64,000 nt of DNA, taken from positions 5,098-69,097 of the forward strand of contig JAJZIH010000010.1 in NCBI GenBank assembly GCA_021810635.1, read 5' to 3'. The translations under genes and the position numbers were made by a program. Positions 18,951-28,313 of this stretch are shown here, one piece after another. The notes beneath the pieces were generated by a model, which was not told where the DNA came from, made no database searches, and worked only from the letters and a program-made list of their open reading frames with translations. Within the stretch, counting starts at the first letter, position 1. Each line of letters opens with the position of its first letter. The DNA is from Pseudomonadota bacterium. GTDB taxonomy: Bacteria; Pseudomonadota; Gammaproteobacteria; JAKAQQ01.

Positions 18951-21053
18951 ATGAATCGTTACCGGATCCGTGTGCTGACGGCTTTTCTTGTGCTGGTCGC
19001 CCCTGGGGCGTGGGCGGCCGGGCCGATTGATCTTCGCGCCTACCGTCAGTTGGTGAACCTGACTTCACCCCAGTTTTCGCCTGACGGCAGGCAGATTGCC
19101 TTCCTCACGCGACGGGCCGATTTCGTACATAACCGTTATGACGTCACGCTGAGAGTGATCTCCACCACCGGCGGCCCGTCAACGGTTTGGGTGCGTGGCA
19201 TGAGAAACCTCCGCATGCCGCGTTGGTCACCGGATGGCCACCGCATTGCCTTCATTGCCGAAGTCGGCCGGCAGAAGCCCCAGATCTTTGACGTGGCCTT
19301 TGCGTACGCGACACCGCATTGTCTGACCGACGCTCCGAATGGTGTTCAGCAGTTTGCCTGGAACCCGGATGGACGCACGATCGCCTATGTCACGCCGGAT
19401 CACCCCGTGCTCACCGCCAAGGACCGCCGCACGGATCATGACCTGTTCACCATCCACGACGACGATTACCAGATCACCCATGCGCCCGTTCCCTCCCAGA
19501 TCTGGCTGCTGTCGCTGGCCACCGGAAAAGCGCGCCAGTTGACCTTCGGTTCGACCAGCGTGCTGGAGAATCCGCCGCCCTTCGCCGGTTCCATCAGCGC
19601 GCCGTCTTGGTCGGCCAACGGCCGCTGGCTGGTCTACACCCGGCAGGCCGACGACGATGATGCCGATACGGACCGCACCACGATTGTGGCGGTCAATGTG
19701 GCCACGGGCAAGGTCCACCGACTCACCGGTCACCTCAGCTATGAATACACCCCGGCTTTTGCGCCGCGTGGTCATGCGATCGCCTATCTCTATCCGCACG
19801 GCCCTGGCCCGGTCAGTGATATGGATGTTTTCGTCACATCGCTCACCGCCGGAAATGGGCGCGATGTCAGTGCCGACCTCGACCGCGACGTGTCTACCAC
19901 CTATGCTTGGCTGCCCGGAGGCCAGGGCCTGCTGGCGCTGGCCAATAACCACGTCGGGACCCGGATCTACCTGCAGCCGCTGCGGGGGACCGGGCGTGCG
20001 CTGGCCCTCGGCCATCTCAACCCCACCCACCTGGCCGTCTCGGCGCAGGGCCTGGTGGCGTTCGTTGCCGACAATGCCACGCAACCGCCGGAGCTCTATC
20101 TGTTGCGCACCTTGGACAGCCGTCCCGTGGCCCTGACTGACTTCAACCGCTACTTTGCCGGCTTTACCTATCCGCGCAGCGTCGAAGTCACTTGGCGTGC
20201 GCCGGATGGCCAGATCAATGATGGCATCCTCACCTATCCGGACGATTACCACCCCGGTCGCCCTTATCCCCTGGTCGTCTACAGCCACGGCGGGCCCGAG
20301 GCAGCGTCCACCGAGTTTTTCGACGCCGGCGAGATCGGGCCGTTGCGGGATCTGTTCGCCGCGCATGGCTTTCTGGTGTTCGAGCCCAACTACCGTGGCA
20401 GCGACAATCTGGGTAATGCCCATGAGCACGCCATCTATCGCGATCCGGGTGTTGGCCCTGACCGCGACGTCATTTCCGGTATCCATCTGCTGGAGAAACG
20501 GGGACTGGTTGACCCCAGCCGAATCGCAGCGGTGGGCCACTCCTATGGCGGCTATATGACCGCGTGGCTGATTGCCCATCAGCACTTCTGGCGCTGTGCG
20601 GTGGTGGCCGACGGTGCGGTGGACTGGACCGAAGAATACGAGCTTTCCGGTGACGGCAACCTGGCTTGGGTCCGCGATTCGCTGGGCGGCAGTCCATGGG
20701 ATCCCCGGAGCGCGGCGCTGTACGTCAGCGGCTCACCGATCACCTATGCCGGGCAAATTACCACGCCCACGCTGATCCTCTCCGGCACATCCGACATCAC
20801 CGTGCCGATCACCGAGTCTTTTGCCCTGTACCACGCCTTGGCCAGTCGCCATGTTCCGGTGAAGTTCATCGGCATCCCCGGTGCCTACCACATGCCGCAA
20901 GACCCGGTGCAGCTCGAACTGTATTACCGTGCCATCGAGCGCTGGGTCGTGGCCTATCTCCAGCTACCCCAAAGGGGCGTTGCACAGCCTGAAGCCCGGC
21001 CGCTTGCCCCTTCCCGGATCGGTCAGAGGGTCCGCCTGCCGGTGCTGTTTTGA
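18951..21053 (+). CDS. Secreted S9 (prolyl oligopeptidase / acylaminoacyl peptidase) family peptidase
   Basis: Signal peptide, WD40-like SPDG repeats, HGGP, PNYRGS, nucleophile motif GHSYGG, catalytic D and H positions. Confidence 0.93.
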   Translation: MNRYRIRVLTAFLVLVAPGAWAAGPIDLRAYRQLVNLTSPQFSPDGRQIAFLTRRADFVHNRYDVTLRVISTTGGPSTVWVRGMRNLRMPRWSPDGHRIAFIAEVGRQKPQIFDVAFAYATPHCLTDAPNGVQQFAWNPDGRTIAYVTPDHPVLTAKDRRTDHDLFTIHDDDYQITHAPVPSQIWLLSLATGKARQLTFGSTSVLENPPPFAGSISAPSWSANGRWLVYTRQADDDDADTDRTTIVAVNVATGKVHRLTGHLSYEYTPAFAPRGHAIAYLYPHGPGPVSDMDVFVTSLTAGNGRDVSADLDRDVSTTYAWLPGGQGLLALANNHVGTRIYLQPLRGTGRALALGHLNPTHLAVSAQGLVAFVADNATQPPELYLLRTLDSRPVALTDFNRYFAGFTYPRSVEVTWRAPDGQINDGILTYPDDYHPGRPYPLVVYSHGGPEAASTEFFDAGEIGPLRDLFAAHGFLVFEPNYRGSDNLGNAHEHAIYRDPGVGPDRDVISGIHLLEKRGLVDPSRIAAVGHSYGGYMTAWLIAHQHFWRCAVVADGAVDWTEEYELSGDGNLAWVRDSLGGSPWDPRSAALYVSGSPITYAGQITTPTLILSGTSDITVPITESFALYHALASRHVPVKFIGIPGAYHMPQDPVQLELYYRAIERWVVAYLQLPQRGVAQPEARPLAPSRIGQRVRLPVLF

Positions 21054-21330
21054 TCTGGGCCGGGCAGTTTGCAGTACCACTCAGGCCGTTAACCCCGGGC
21101 TGATGCGAACGTACCCCCGCTGGCGCTCGCGGACCGGGACGCGGGGTGTCGCTGCAGGGATCCGTCTTCTCCTGGGATGGCCTCAAAACGGATCGTGGGG
21201 CCCCAGGAGCACACCCGATCGGACAAGGGGTTCCGGGAATCTGGGCCGTTTTTGATACCCCAAAACCAAGGTGTTTTTATTTGGCTCCCGAACCTCGATG
21301 GACCACAGTCCAGGTCGGAGCTCAGGTCAT

Positions 21331-22650
21331 TCACCCGGCATTTTTTTCTCGATCAATCAACGGAAGACGTCGGCGAATACCGTTAATGATGGATGCACTG
21401 ACGGATTCTGGGAACTCGGCGGGTAATCCGACCAAGGTGGCATCAATGGCCCAATCCGCGCCTGCTTGGACTTCATCCAGAATGCCCTGGGCGAATTCAG
21501 CCGAAAGGCCACACCGCACCGCGGTCTGCAGAAAGTGTCGTGGCATGATCGAATTTATCGTGTAATGTCGTCCGTCACCGACTGCCATCGTAAGCTTCAT
21601 GCGGTTGTGCTCGATCTGTCCCGCATCCACATTGGGCTGTGTGGACTTGATGTCGTAGAGTGGCGTCATGTGGAACCGGCCACCAGGTAGTAGGTGGATG
21701 CTGAAGTTCTTGGCGTGGCCGTCCGTTGCCCCAATCAGCCAGAAGACGATCTGCGCTTTCAGGAAGTGCCGTTGATCAATCTCGGGTTCGTCGCTCGCTT
21801 TCAACAATTCCAGGATCTCACGGATACCGGGGCCGCCCTCGGGCTCATATTTACGGGTCGGTGGCACGGATAGCGCCTGGCAGAAATCTTCCTGGGGGAG
21901 ACGCAGGAGCCGTCCGTTTGTTGTCCAGAGGCGATCGAACCGCTCAATCACCAGCGCACGTTTTCCACTGAATTCCAGTATCTGTGTCTGCGCCGTCGGC
22001 TATTTAAACGCCGCGGTCAAACGCATGCAAAGAGGCTCATTCTCGATGCTTTGCGTGAGGTCAATGCCGTTCGATCGTTTGCCGATTTCCGGTTTCAGGA
22101 TGTGTGTTGTCGCCGTAGTGCCATGAGGCAGTTGCCACTTGCCCTGCCAGTGGAGCAGCGCGGTCTTTTCCTGAGTTCCAGCGAGGGAAATGCGGAGTTC
22201 CTTCTTTTCATCGATGCCGAGGGGGGTGCGCTTCAGATCGCCGAGGATGCCGGCGATGTCCTTGTCGTCCAGAGGACGCCCAGAGATGCCGCTAGCTGGA
22301 TCGGGCTCCTCGCCATCGGGCAGGAACTGGAGGGCGCCGACGCAATCACGGCCGACAGCAGCAAGAAGGCTATAGGCATCGTTGCCGGCAGCTCCCACCC
22401 GTTCAGCCAGGCAGCGGCGGATTTGATCGTTGTCCGGAAGGAGGTTATCGAAGACCGCAATCACCGGATCGCCAATAAACCGGTCCTCGCGAAGAGGTAG
22501 TGAGAGAGAGATTGGCAACACATGTTCCCAGTCGAGCCAACTGCGGTCATACACAAAATCGGTTGCCCCACTTGACAGTCGTTGAAGGCGGCCAACCAGC
22601 CTGCCATTCAGGAAAACATTGAGGGGGATGCGTGTGCGTTGCCGCGCCAT
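21331..22650 (-). pseudogene. hipA: HipA kinase toxin interrupted by one in-frame TAG (22000-22002)
   Basis: N part (FDNLLPD, RDCVGALQF, RISLAGTQEKTAL, THILKP) and C part (IERFDR, QEDFCQAL, TDGHAKNFS, PLYD) share one frame: AAFK*PTAQTQILEFSGKRALVIERFDR. Confidence 0.9.
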
Positions 22651-22904
22651 CAGAACATCTCCTCCATCTTGTCAGTCGAGGATTTAGTCCGCGGGCGGAT
22701 CACAAGTTCCATGTTGAGCGCCGTAAGTACGCCAAAGAGCGTGCGGAGTTGGGTACCGTCTTCCCCGGCTTCCAGCCCGGAAATCGTGGCTTGCCGCAGG
22801 TGGGTTTTTTTACCCACTTGCTTTTGATTCATGCCGAGGGCGCGGCGGCGGCGGCGTATCGCAGCGCCGACCTGTTTTGAGGTTCGGGCGATTGGGTCAG
22901 TCAT
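22650..22904 (-). CDS. hipB: HipB-like HTH antitoxin
   Basis: Cro/XRE HTH (QVGAAIRRRR..LRQATISGLEAG); 1-nt overlap with hipA start. Confidence 0.88.
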   Translation of the reverse strand: MTDPIARTSKQVGAAIRRRRRALGMNQKQVGKKTHLRQATISGLEAGEDGTQLRTLFGVLTALNMELVIRPRTKSSTDKMEEMF

Positions 22905-22932
22905 CGGGGGTAGCTCCATATTTCCTTAACTT

Positions 22933-22977
22933 TATACGCTACAGCGTATATAAAAGCAATATACGCTTGACCGTATC
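22933..22977. promoter_or_regulatory. HipB operator-like palindromes
   Basis: TATACGCT-AC-AGCGTATA (22933-22950) and imperfect TATAC-N8-GTATC (22960-22977); spacing as in the E. coli hip operator TATCC-N8-GGATA. Confidence 0.7.
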
Positions 22978-23020
22978 GGAAGCCCTGTTCGAGGAAGCCA
23001 CAGAAGGCCATGACCCGATT

Positions 23021-23440
23021 ATTATGGGGAGCGATAAATTGTAGGCAGTTCAGGCGGCCGCATAACGCACGTGTTCTTCCTGGAAGAAGCGGCGGACGAT
23101 ATGGGGTTGCCGCTGGCGGCGGCGCAGGTGACCCGCGCACGGTGCGGAGGAGTTCGCTGCGGGTACGCGGACGGTGCCGGCCGATGTGGCTTTTGACGTC
23201 GTGATTCAGAAGCTCGTCGGGATTGAGCTCCGGGCTGTAACCGGGGAGGAAGTAGAGGGTGATCCGGCAACCGGGACGCGCCAGCCAGACCTGGATCGCA
23301 CGTGCCTTGTGCACCGGATGGCCGTCGACGATCAGGAACACCGGACGCCCGACCTGCCGCTCCAGCAGTCGGGTGAGGAACTCCCGGAATACCCGGGCGG
23401 TGAAGCCGGACTGGAACACCATGAACAGCAGCTTGCTGGC
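23021..23440 (-). mobile_element. IS630 family transposase 3' fragment, frameshifted
   Basis: LIVDGHPVHK, FLPGYSPELNPDE, then in another frame IVRRFFQEEHVRYAAA*. Confidence 0.85.
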
Positions 23441-23534
23441 ACCGGGGCGCTACGCTGCGCCATCGGGGAAGCAAAAGCAGCGCGCCGGTGAGTTTTTGTC
23501 GTTGAGCCTCCCTTGAAAAGCTACAGCACACACA

Positions 23535-23563
23535 TTGACAATTTGTAGCCTACAGGCTACACA
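23535..23563 (+). promoter_or_regulatory. TA promoter with operator palindrome
   Basis: TTGACA-17 nt-TACACA overlapped by TGTAGCCT-AC-AGGCTACA (23544-23561), a few nt before ATG 23570. Confidence 0.65.
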
Positions 23564-23569
23564 TGGTTC

Positions 23570-23635
23570 ATGATCGAAATCCGCAAGACAGATATCTATG
23601 TTCAATGGCTTGATGGCCTGCGCGACATCCATGGG
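23570..23635 (+). pseudogene. N-terminal stub of a RelE/HigB-like addiction module killer toxin
   Basis: [20 protein letters not shown] resembles the family N-terminus; similarity stops at the IS30 fragment. Confidence 0.7.
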
Positions 23636-23780
23636 CTCGGGGGGAGCACGGAGAGGTCTGCGCCCTTGGGTAGATACTGGCGCAGCAGTCCGTTGGTGTT
23701 CTCGTTGATGCCGCGCGGCCAGGGGCTGTGCGGGTCGGCGAAGTCCACCTGGATACCGGTGCGATCGGACAGTTTGGCAG
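23636..23780 (-). mobile_element. IS30 family transposase fragment
   Basis: [31 protein letters not shown]. Confidence 0.85.
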
Positions 23781-24190
23781 GAGCCGCCATCTGGATGGCA
23801 TGCAGGTCGGACTTCGCTTTGGGCTGCAGGCGTTGGGGCAGCTGGTTCAGGAGGTTGGCGGTCTGATGGACTCAACCCCTCTGGGTGCGCGTCTCGCCGG
23901 AGACCCGTGGGAACGCCTTCCAGAAATCAAGCGCGCCATCGCCAACGGCAAGCTGCGGGTCGACGGTCAAGTCCCGGCACTTGAGGTCCTAAAGCAGATC
24001 CTTCCAGAATTCTTCAGATTCCCGGAATTCGTCGCCGAGCGCCACGAGTTCCTTCTTCCGGTCCGCGGTGGCGCCGATCACGACGAGGAGGCACTGATTG
24101 GCCTCCTCCAAGCGCACGCCGAAGTGGATCCCGTCGACCCAGAGGTCGACGGACTGGCGGCCCTTGAGGGATCGGCGTTCCCAGCGGACA
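23781..24190 (-). mobile_element. IS256 family transposase fragment, degenerate
   Basis: LWVDGIHFGVRLE..LLVVIGATADRKKELVAL..RESEEFWKDLL, continuing after a shift to [22 protein letters not shown]. Confidence 0.85.
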
Positions 24191-24395
24191 TGCACAACTT
24201 TGGAGCATGGCTCCGTGGCCGATCGCCATCACACGCTTCCACCTTGCCCGCGTCATCGCATGACATCGGTCACGCTGTCCGTGCTCCCCCCGTGCGGCAG
24301 GGCGTACCGAAGCCCTAAACATGTTGAGTCGCACAGTACAACTGAGTGGTATCCACAAGAAATCGTTCAAACGGCAGTCGCTCAAAATCGCGGTG

Positions 24396-24408
24396 TAACT
24401 GATTGATT
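24396..24408 (-). promoter_or_regulatory. IHF consensus site (AATCAATCAGTTA) just 3' of tRNA-Leu; att-arm-like
   Basis: Exact WATCAANNNNTTR match about 10 nt downstream of the tRNA. Confidence 0.6.
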
Positions 24409-24417
24409 TTTATATAG

Positions 24418-24503
24418 TGCCCAGGGCCGGACTCGAACCGGCATGGCCGTTTCCGGCCAAAGGATTTTAAGTCCCTTGCGTCTACCGATTTCGCCACCTG
24501 GGC
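24418..24503 (-). tRNA. tRNA-Leu(TAA)
   Basis: GCCCAGG..CCTGGGC-A acceptor stem, GGGA-C-TTAAAA-TCC anticodon arm, long variable arm, GGTTCGAGTCC; followed by CTA, not CCA. Confidence 0.95.
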
Positions 24504-24536
24504 ATCGGGATTGCACCTCTCTGGCGGGGAAATTTT

Positions 24537-24610
24537 TGGAGGCCAGGGTCGGGATCGAACCGGCGTTGACGGCTTTGCAGGCCGCTGCATGACCACTCTG
24601 CCACCTGGCC
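24537..24610 (-). tRNA. tRNA-Cys(GCA)
   Basis: GGCCAGG..CCTGGCC-TCCA, anticodon loop CTGCAAA, GGTTCGATCC. Confidence 0.96.
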
Positions 24611-24647
24611 TGGATGACTTGACTCGAGAAATTCCGCAAGGAGGAGG

Positions 24648-24723
24648 TGGAGCGGGAAACGAGGCTCGAACTCGCGACCTCAACCTTGGCAAGGTTGCGC
24701 TCTACCAACTGAGCTATTCCCGC
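24648..24723 (-). tRNA. tRNA-Gly(GCC)
   Basis: GCGGGAATAGCTCAGTTGGTAGAGC..CTTGCCAAG..GTTCGAGCC..TTCCCGCTCCA. Confidence 0.97.
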
Positions 24724-24732
24724 CTGGTCCGG

Positions 24733-24761
24733 ATCATAGCAAAAGCGGCCGGGAGCCGCAA
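24733..24761 (-). promoter_or_regulatory. Sigma70-like promoter of the tRNA Gly-Cys-Leu operon
   Basis: TTGCGG-17 nt-TATGAT directly upstream of tRNA-Gly. Confidence 0.65.
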
Positions 24762-24886
24762 TCATTTTTCTGTCGCCCATCGGCCGGATAGAATCCGGCC
24801 ACACCAAAACCTCACCTGTCTTCCCGGCCGGGGTCGAAAGCGGCCTCCGGACGAAGCACTATAATGCCGGACAGTACCGTTGAGAG

Positions 24887-25861
24887 ATGCCCCCGAATGA
24901 TCCAGGACCCGAGAACCTCGTGACCCGAGTTCCAAAACCTCCAAATCCGAAAACCCGCAGTGTTCCTCTGCCCGATGAAATCCCCAGAACCACACCCGCG
25001 CAGCCGGCCCTGGCCGACCAGACCGGCGCGCTCCGGAAAAACCCGAATTACCTGGAAGCGACCCGCGACCCTGCATTTTTAGACCAGCGCGAAACCCGGG
25101 GAGTCCGCCTTCAGCTGGATTACCAAAAAACGGAATCGGTTTTGGCCCATCGTGGCATCGAAGCTACCATCGTGGTTTTCGGAAGTACCCGTCTTTGTGA
25201 ACCGGATCTTGCCCGGGAAAAGTTGAAGGCACTCAAGTGCCATCCGGATCACCAGCCGGATGATCCCGGTTCACGGCAGCAACTTGCGGTTGCCGAGCGC
25301 CTCCTGGACAAGAGCCGCTTCTATGAGATCGCGCGGGCTTTTGCCCACGCAGTCGGAACGTGTCCGCAGAATCGCAACCCCACCCGGCTCTGGATCATGA
25401 CCGGCGGTGGCCCCGGCATCATGGAGGCGGCCAATCGTGGCGCCTGCGAGGTCCAGGCCGAATCCATCGGACTCAACATCCGCCTTCCCCATGAACAGTA
25501 TCCCAACCCCTATATCAGCCCGAACCTCTGCTTCCGCTTTCACTATTTTGCGATCCGTAAGCTGCACTTTCTGCTGCGGGCGAAGGCACTGGTGGCGTTC
25601 CCCGGCGGGTATGGAACGTTGGACGAACTTTTTGAAACGCTGACTCTGATCCAGACGCGGGTGATGGCGCCCGTCCCGGTCATCCTGGTCGGGGAATCAT
25701 ACTGGAGCCGCGCCGTCGATTTCGATTTCCTGGTCGAGGAAGGCGTGATCGATCCGGAGGATCGGGAACTCTTCTGGTATGCCGAATCTGCTGCCGAGAT
25801 CTGGTCGGGAATCCAGGCCTGGCACGAGGCGAACGGAACCCCCCTGTTCCCCCCTGACTAG
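24887..25861 (+). CDS. LOG family Rossmann-fold protein (type II-like)
   Basis: VVFGSTR, TGGGPGIMEAANRGA, FHYFAIRK, PGGYGTLDELFE. Confidence 0.93.
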   Translation: MPPNDPGPENLVTRVPKPPNPKTRSVPLPDEIPRTTPAQPALADQTGALRKNPNYLEATRDPAFLDQRETRGVRLQLDYQKTESVLAHRGIEATIVVFGSTRLCEPDLAREKLKALKCHPDHQPDDPGSRQQLAVAERLLDKSRFYEIARAFAHAVGTCPQNRNPTRLWIMTGGGPGIMEAANRGACEVQAESIGLNIRLPHEQYPNPYISPNLCFRFHYFAIRKLHFLLRAKALVAFPGGYGTLDELFETLTLIQTRVMAPVPVILVGESYWSRAVDFDFLVEEGVIDPEDRELFWYAESAAEIWSGIQAWHEANGTPLFPPD

Positions 25862-28155
25862 TGGCGGCGGGCGGGTGCGGCCCCCGGCCCGGCCGACACG
25901 GGTTTGAGATTGCGCTCCCAGAACCGGTTCATGGTCCGGAACAGTTCGAGCCGGGTGTGGGTCCCGGCCAGTACATGCGTATTGTTCGGGAACACGAGCA
26001 GATGGTAGGGCCGATCTGCCCTGACCAGGGCTTCGATGAACTGGAGTGTGTTTTGCCAGTGCACGTTGTCGTCACCGGTCCCGGCCACGATCAGCAGTTT
26101 GGCGCGCAGCCGGGAAGCCTGCGCAACGGTTGAGCTTTGCCGGTAGCCATCCGGGTTGGTTTGTGGGGTTCCCATGTAACGCTCGGTATAAATTGAGTCA
26201 TAGTCCTGCCAGCGGGTTACGGGGGCCACGGCGATTCCTGCATGCCAGACGTTCGGTGCGTGCGTCAGCTCGTAAAGGGTCATGTAACCGCCATAACTCC
26301 AACCCCAGATTCCAATCCGGTCCGGATCCACCCCGGCCTGGCGGCGCAGCCAGCGGACGGCCGCCTCCTGGTCGGCGAGTTCAAGATGACCCAGACGATC
26401 CTTGATCGCACCCTGGGCGATGTGACTGAAGGTACTGGCGGCGCGGTTATCCGCTGCAAAAACGATGAACCCCTCGCAGGCGAGGCGGTCGTCATAGACG
26501 ATCCAGGGATTCCAGCCTTGGCTGACCAGAGCGGGTACGTCGGGGCCTCCGTACTGGTACATGATGACTGGAGAGCGGTTTGCGGGGTTGAAGCCGGGCG
26601 GGTAGAGGATTTCCGCATTAATGGAGATCGCGGGATCGGCGGATGGAATCTTGAGGAAACGGGGAGGGGTCAGATGAAGGCTTGGCGGGACATGGCTCCG
26701 GGCAAGAATCCAACGAGTCCGGCCGGTCACGGAACGCACGACATAGAGGGGAGGGGTCTTCATTGAGGAAGAGGTGACCAGCACATAGCGGGTTTTTGGG
26801 GAAAAGATCGCGCTTTCCGTCCCCTTTGTCCTGAAACGGACCCGGTGGTCGGTGCCGTCGAAGGAAACGGATTCGATGCGTTCGGTACGGGGGCCGGTTC
26901 CCGGAGAGACTAAGTAGTAAACCTCGTGCCGCCTTTTGGAGACCGCGAGGAGACGGGTGACGTTTTGCGGGCCGGGAGTGAGATGGGCCACTTCGCGCCC
27001 GTCCCGGTCGAAGCGGTAGAGGTGGTGCCAGCCGCTTTGGTCGGTGCCGAAGATGAATCCTCCGTGAGGCAGGAAAACAAGGTCGTTGTGGACATTGATC
27101 CATTCGGGATCATGGAGTCGGAGAAGAACTTTGAGCCGGCCGTTCGCCGGGTTGATCCGGATGAGTGAAAGCCGCGTTTGTGGCCGGTTGAGTACTTCGG
27201 CATAGAGGGCGTGGCCATGTGCATACCAGCCGAAGCGGGCCAGGTATCCGGTTCTGAGGCCGGGCAGGCGGAACCATCGGGTGCGCCCGGTCCGAATATC
27301 GTAGACGCCGAGCCGGGCCCGCGGATTGCGGGCGCCTGGTTCCGGGTAACGTTGCCAGTAGAGAGTCGGACGCTGTTTGAGGTAGTTGACCAGCGGGAAA
27401 CGCAACACGCCCCGTTCGTCGAAGCGGATGAACGCCAGTTTCCGGCCTTGGGGTGACCAGGCATAACCTGACCTCAGGCCGAGTTCTTCCCGGTAGGTCC
27501 AGTCCAAGGCTCCGACGCGGAACCCCCTGCGGGGGGGCTGGATCGTCCGGGGTCGGTGGATTTTCCCCGCGAGATCGACCAGCCGGATCCCGCGGTTCTG
27601 AACGTAACTCAGCCAGTGGTCGTGGGGAGACAGCGCATACTGGGTGACCCAGCCGTTCGTCCGGACCAGGGTGTGGAGTTTCCGGGTCCTGAGGTCGAGT
27701 TCCTCGATGCCCCGGCCGTTGATCAGCAACAGGTGACGACCGTGCGGTGACCATCGGTAGTTGACGCGACCGTAGCGCGAACTCCATTCCTTGAGGCGCT
27801 CGTTCGGAATCGAGGCATCTGAACGCAGTGCCCGGCCGAGAAGCGCAGGGCCCGCCTGGAAAATGACCTGGCCGGTCCGTGCATTGACCACCCGGAGCCG
27901 CTCGTACCCCCGCCTCCGGGCATGTCTCAGGTAAGCCAGCGCCCCGCCATTCGGGCTCCAGGAAAAGCTGTGGGGCTGGTATCCGCCCAGCGGGGGCCGG
28001 CCAGTGAAGAGCCGGAGCGGGAACCGGGCTCGACAGGATGGAGTGGCACCGAACACCGGGTGCGGCAGGAAGGTGCCGCAGGCGAGCAGGCAGACTGCCA
28101 CGATCCCGGCCGGAAGACGGCGGTCGCATCCCCAAGCGGCACATCGATTCCCCAT
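25858..28155 (-). CDS. Secreted dipeptidyl peptidase IV-like S9B peptidase
   Basis: DWTYREE, YGGP, GIWGWSYGG, YDSIYTERYMG, GTGDDNVH. Confidence 0.94.
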   Translation of the reverse strand: MGNRCAAWGCDRRLPAGIVAVCLLACGTFLPHPVFGATPSCRARFPLRLFTGRPPLGGYQPHSFSWSPNGGALAYLRHARRRGYERLRVVNARTGQVIFQAGPALLGRALRSDASIPNERLKEWSSRYGRVNYRWSPHGRHLLLINGRGIEELDLRTRKLHTLVRTNGWVTQYALSPHDHWLSYVQNRGIRLVDLAGKIHRPRTIQPPRRGFRVGALDWTYREELGLRSGYAWSPQGRKLAFIRFDERGVLRFPLVNYLKQRPTLYWQRYPEPGARNPRARLGVYDIRTGRTRWFRLPGLRTGYLARFGWYAHGHALYAEVLNRPQTRLSLIRINPANGRLKVLLRLHDPEWINVHNDLVFLPHGGFIFGTDQSGWHHLYRFDRDGREVAHLTPGPQNVTRLLAVSKRRHEVYYLVSPGTGPRTERIESVSFDGTDHRVRFRTKGTESAIFSPKTRYVLVTSSSMKTPPLYVVRSVTGRTRWILARSHVPPSLHLTPPRFLKIPSADPAISINAEILYPPGFNPANRSPVIMYQYGGPDVPALVSQGWNPWIVYDDRLACEGFIVFAADNRAASTFSHIAQGAIKDRLGHLELADQEAAVRWLRRQAGVDPDRIGIWGWSYGGYMTLYELTHAPNVWHAGIAVAPVTRWQDYDSIYTERYMGTPQTNPDGYRQSSTVAQASRLRAKLLIVAGTGDDNVHWQNTLQFIEALVRADRPYHLLVFPNNTHVLAGTHTRLELFRTMNRFWERNLKPVSAGPGAAPARRH

Positions 28156-28313
28156 GGCAGCCCTCCGGTGATGCGGCAGATGACCCGTCTAGATTACCGG
28201 TTTTGGGACCCGAATACACGAACCGGAGGAGGGCCGGCCGTTCTCCTTATAATATAAGGGTCCTTGAACCGTCCGATCCAGAACAGTTCAACAACCCCCC
28301 AAGGATTGCTGCC

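Noticed and set aside
18689-24853. 12/14 inverted match (18689-18702 vs 24840-24853) as inversion endpoints
   Set aside because: Short, GC-rich and not extendable; plausible by chance
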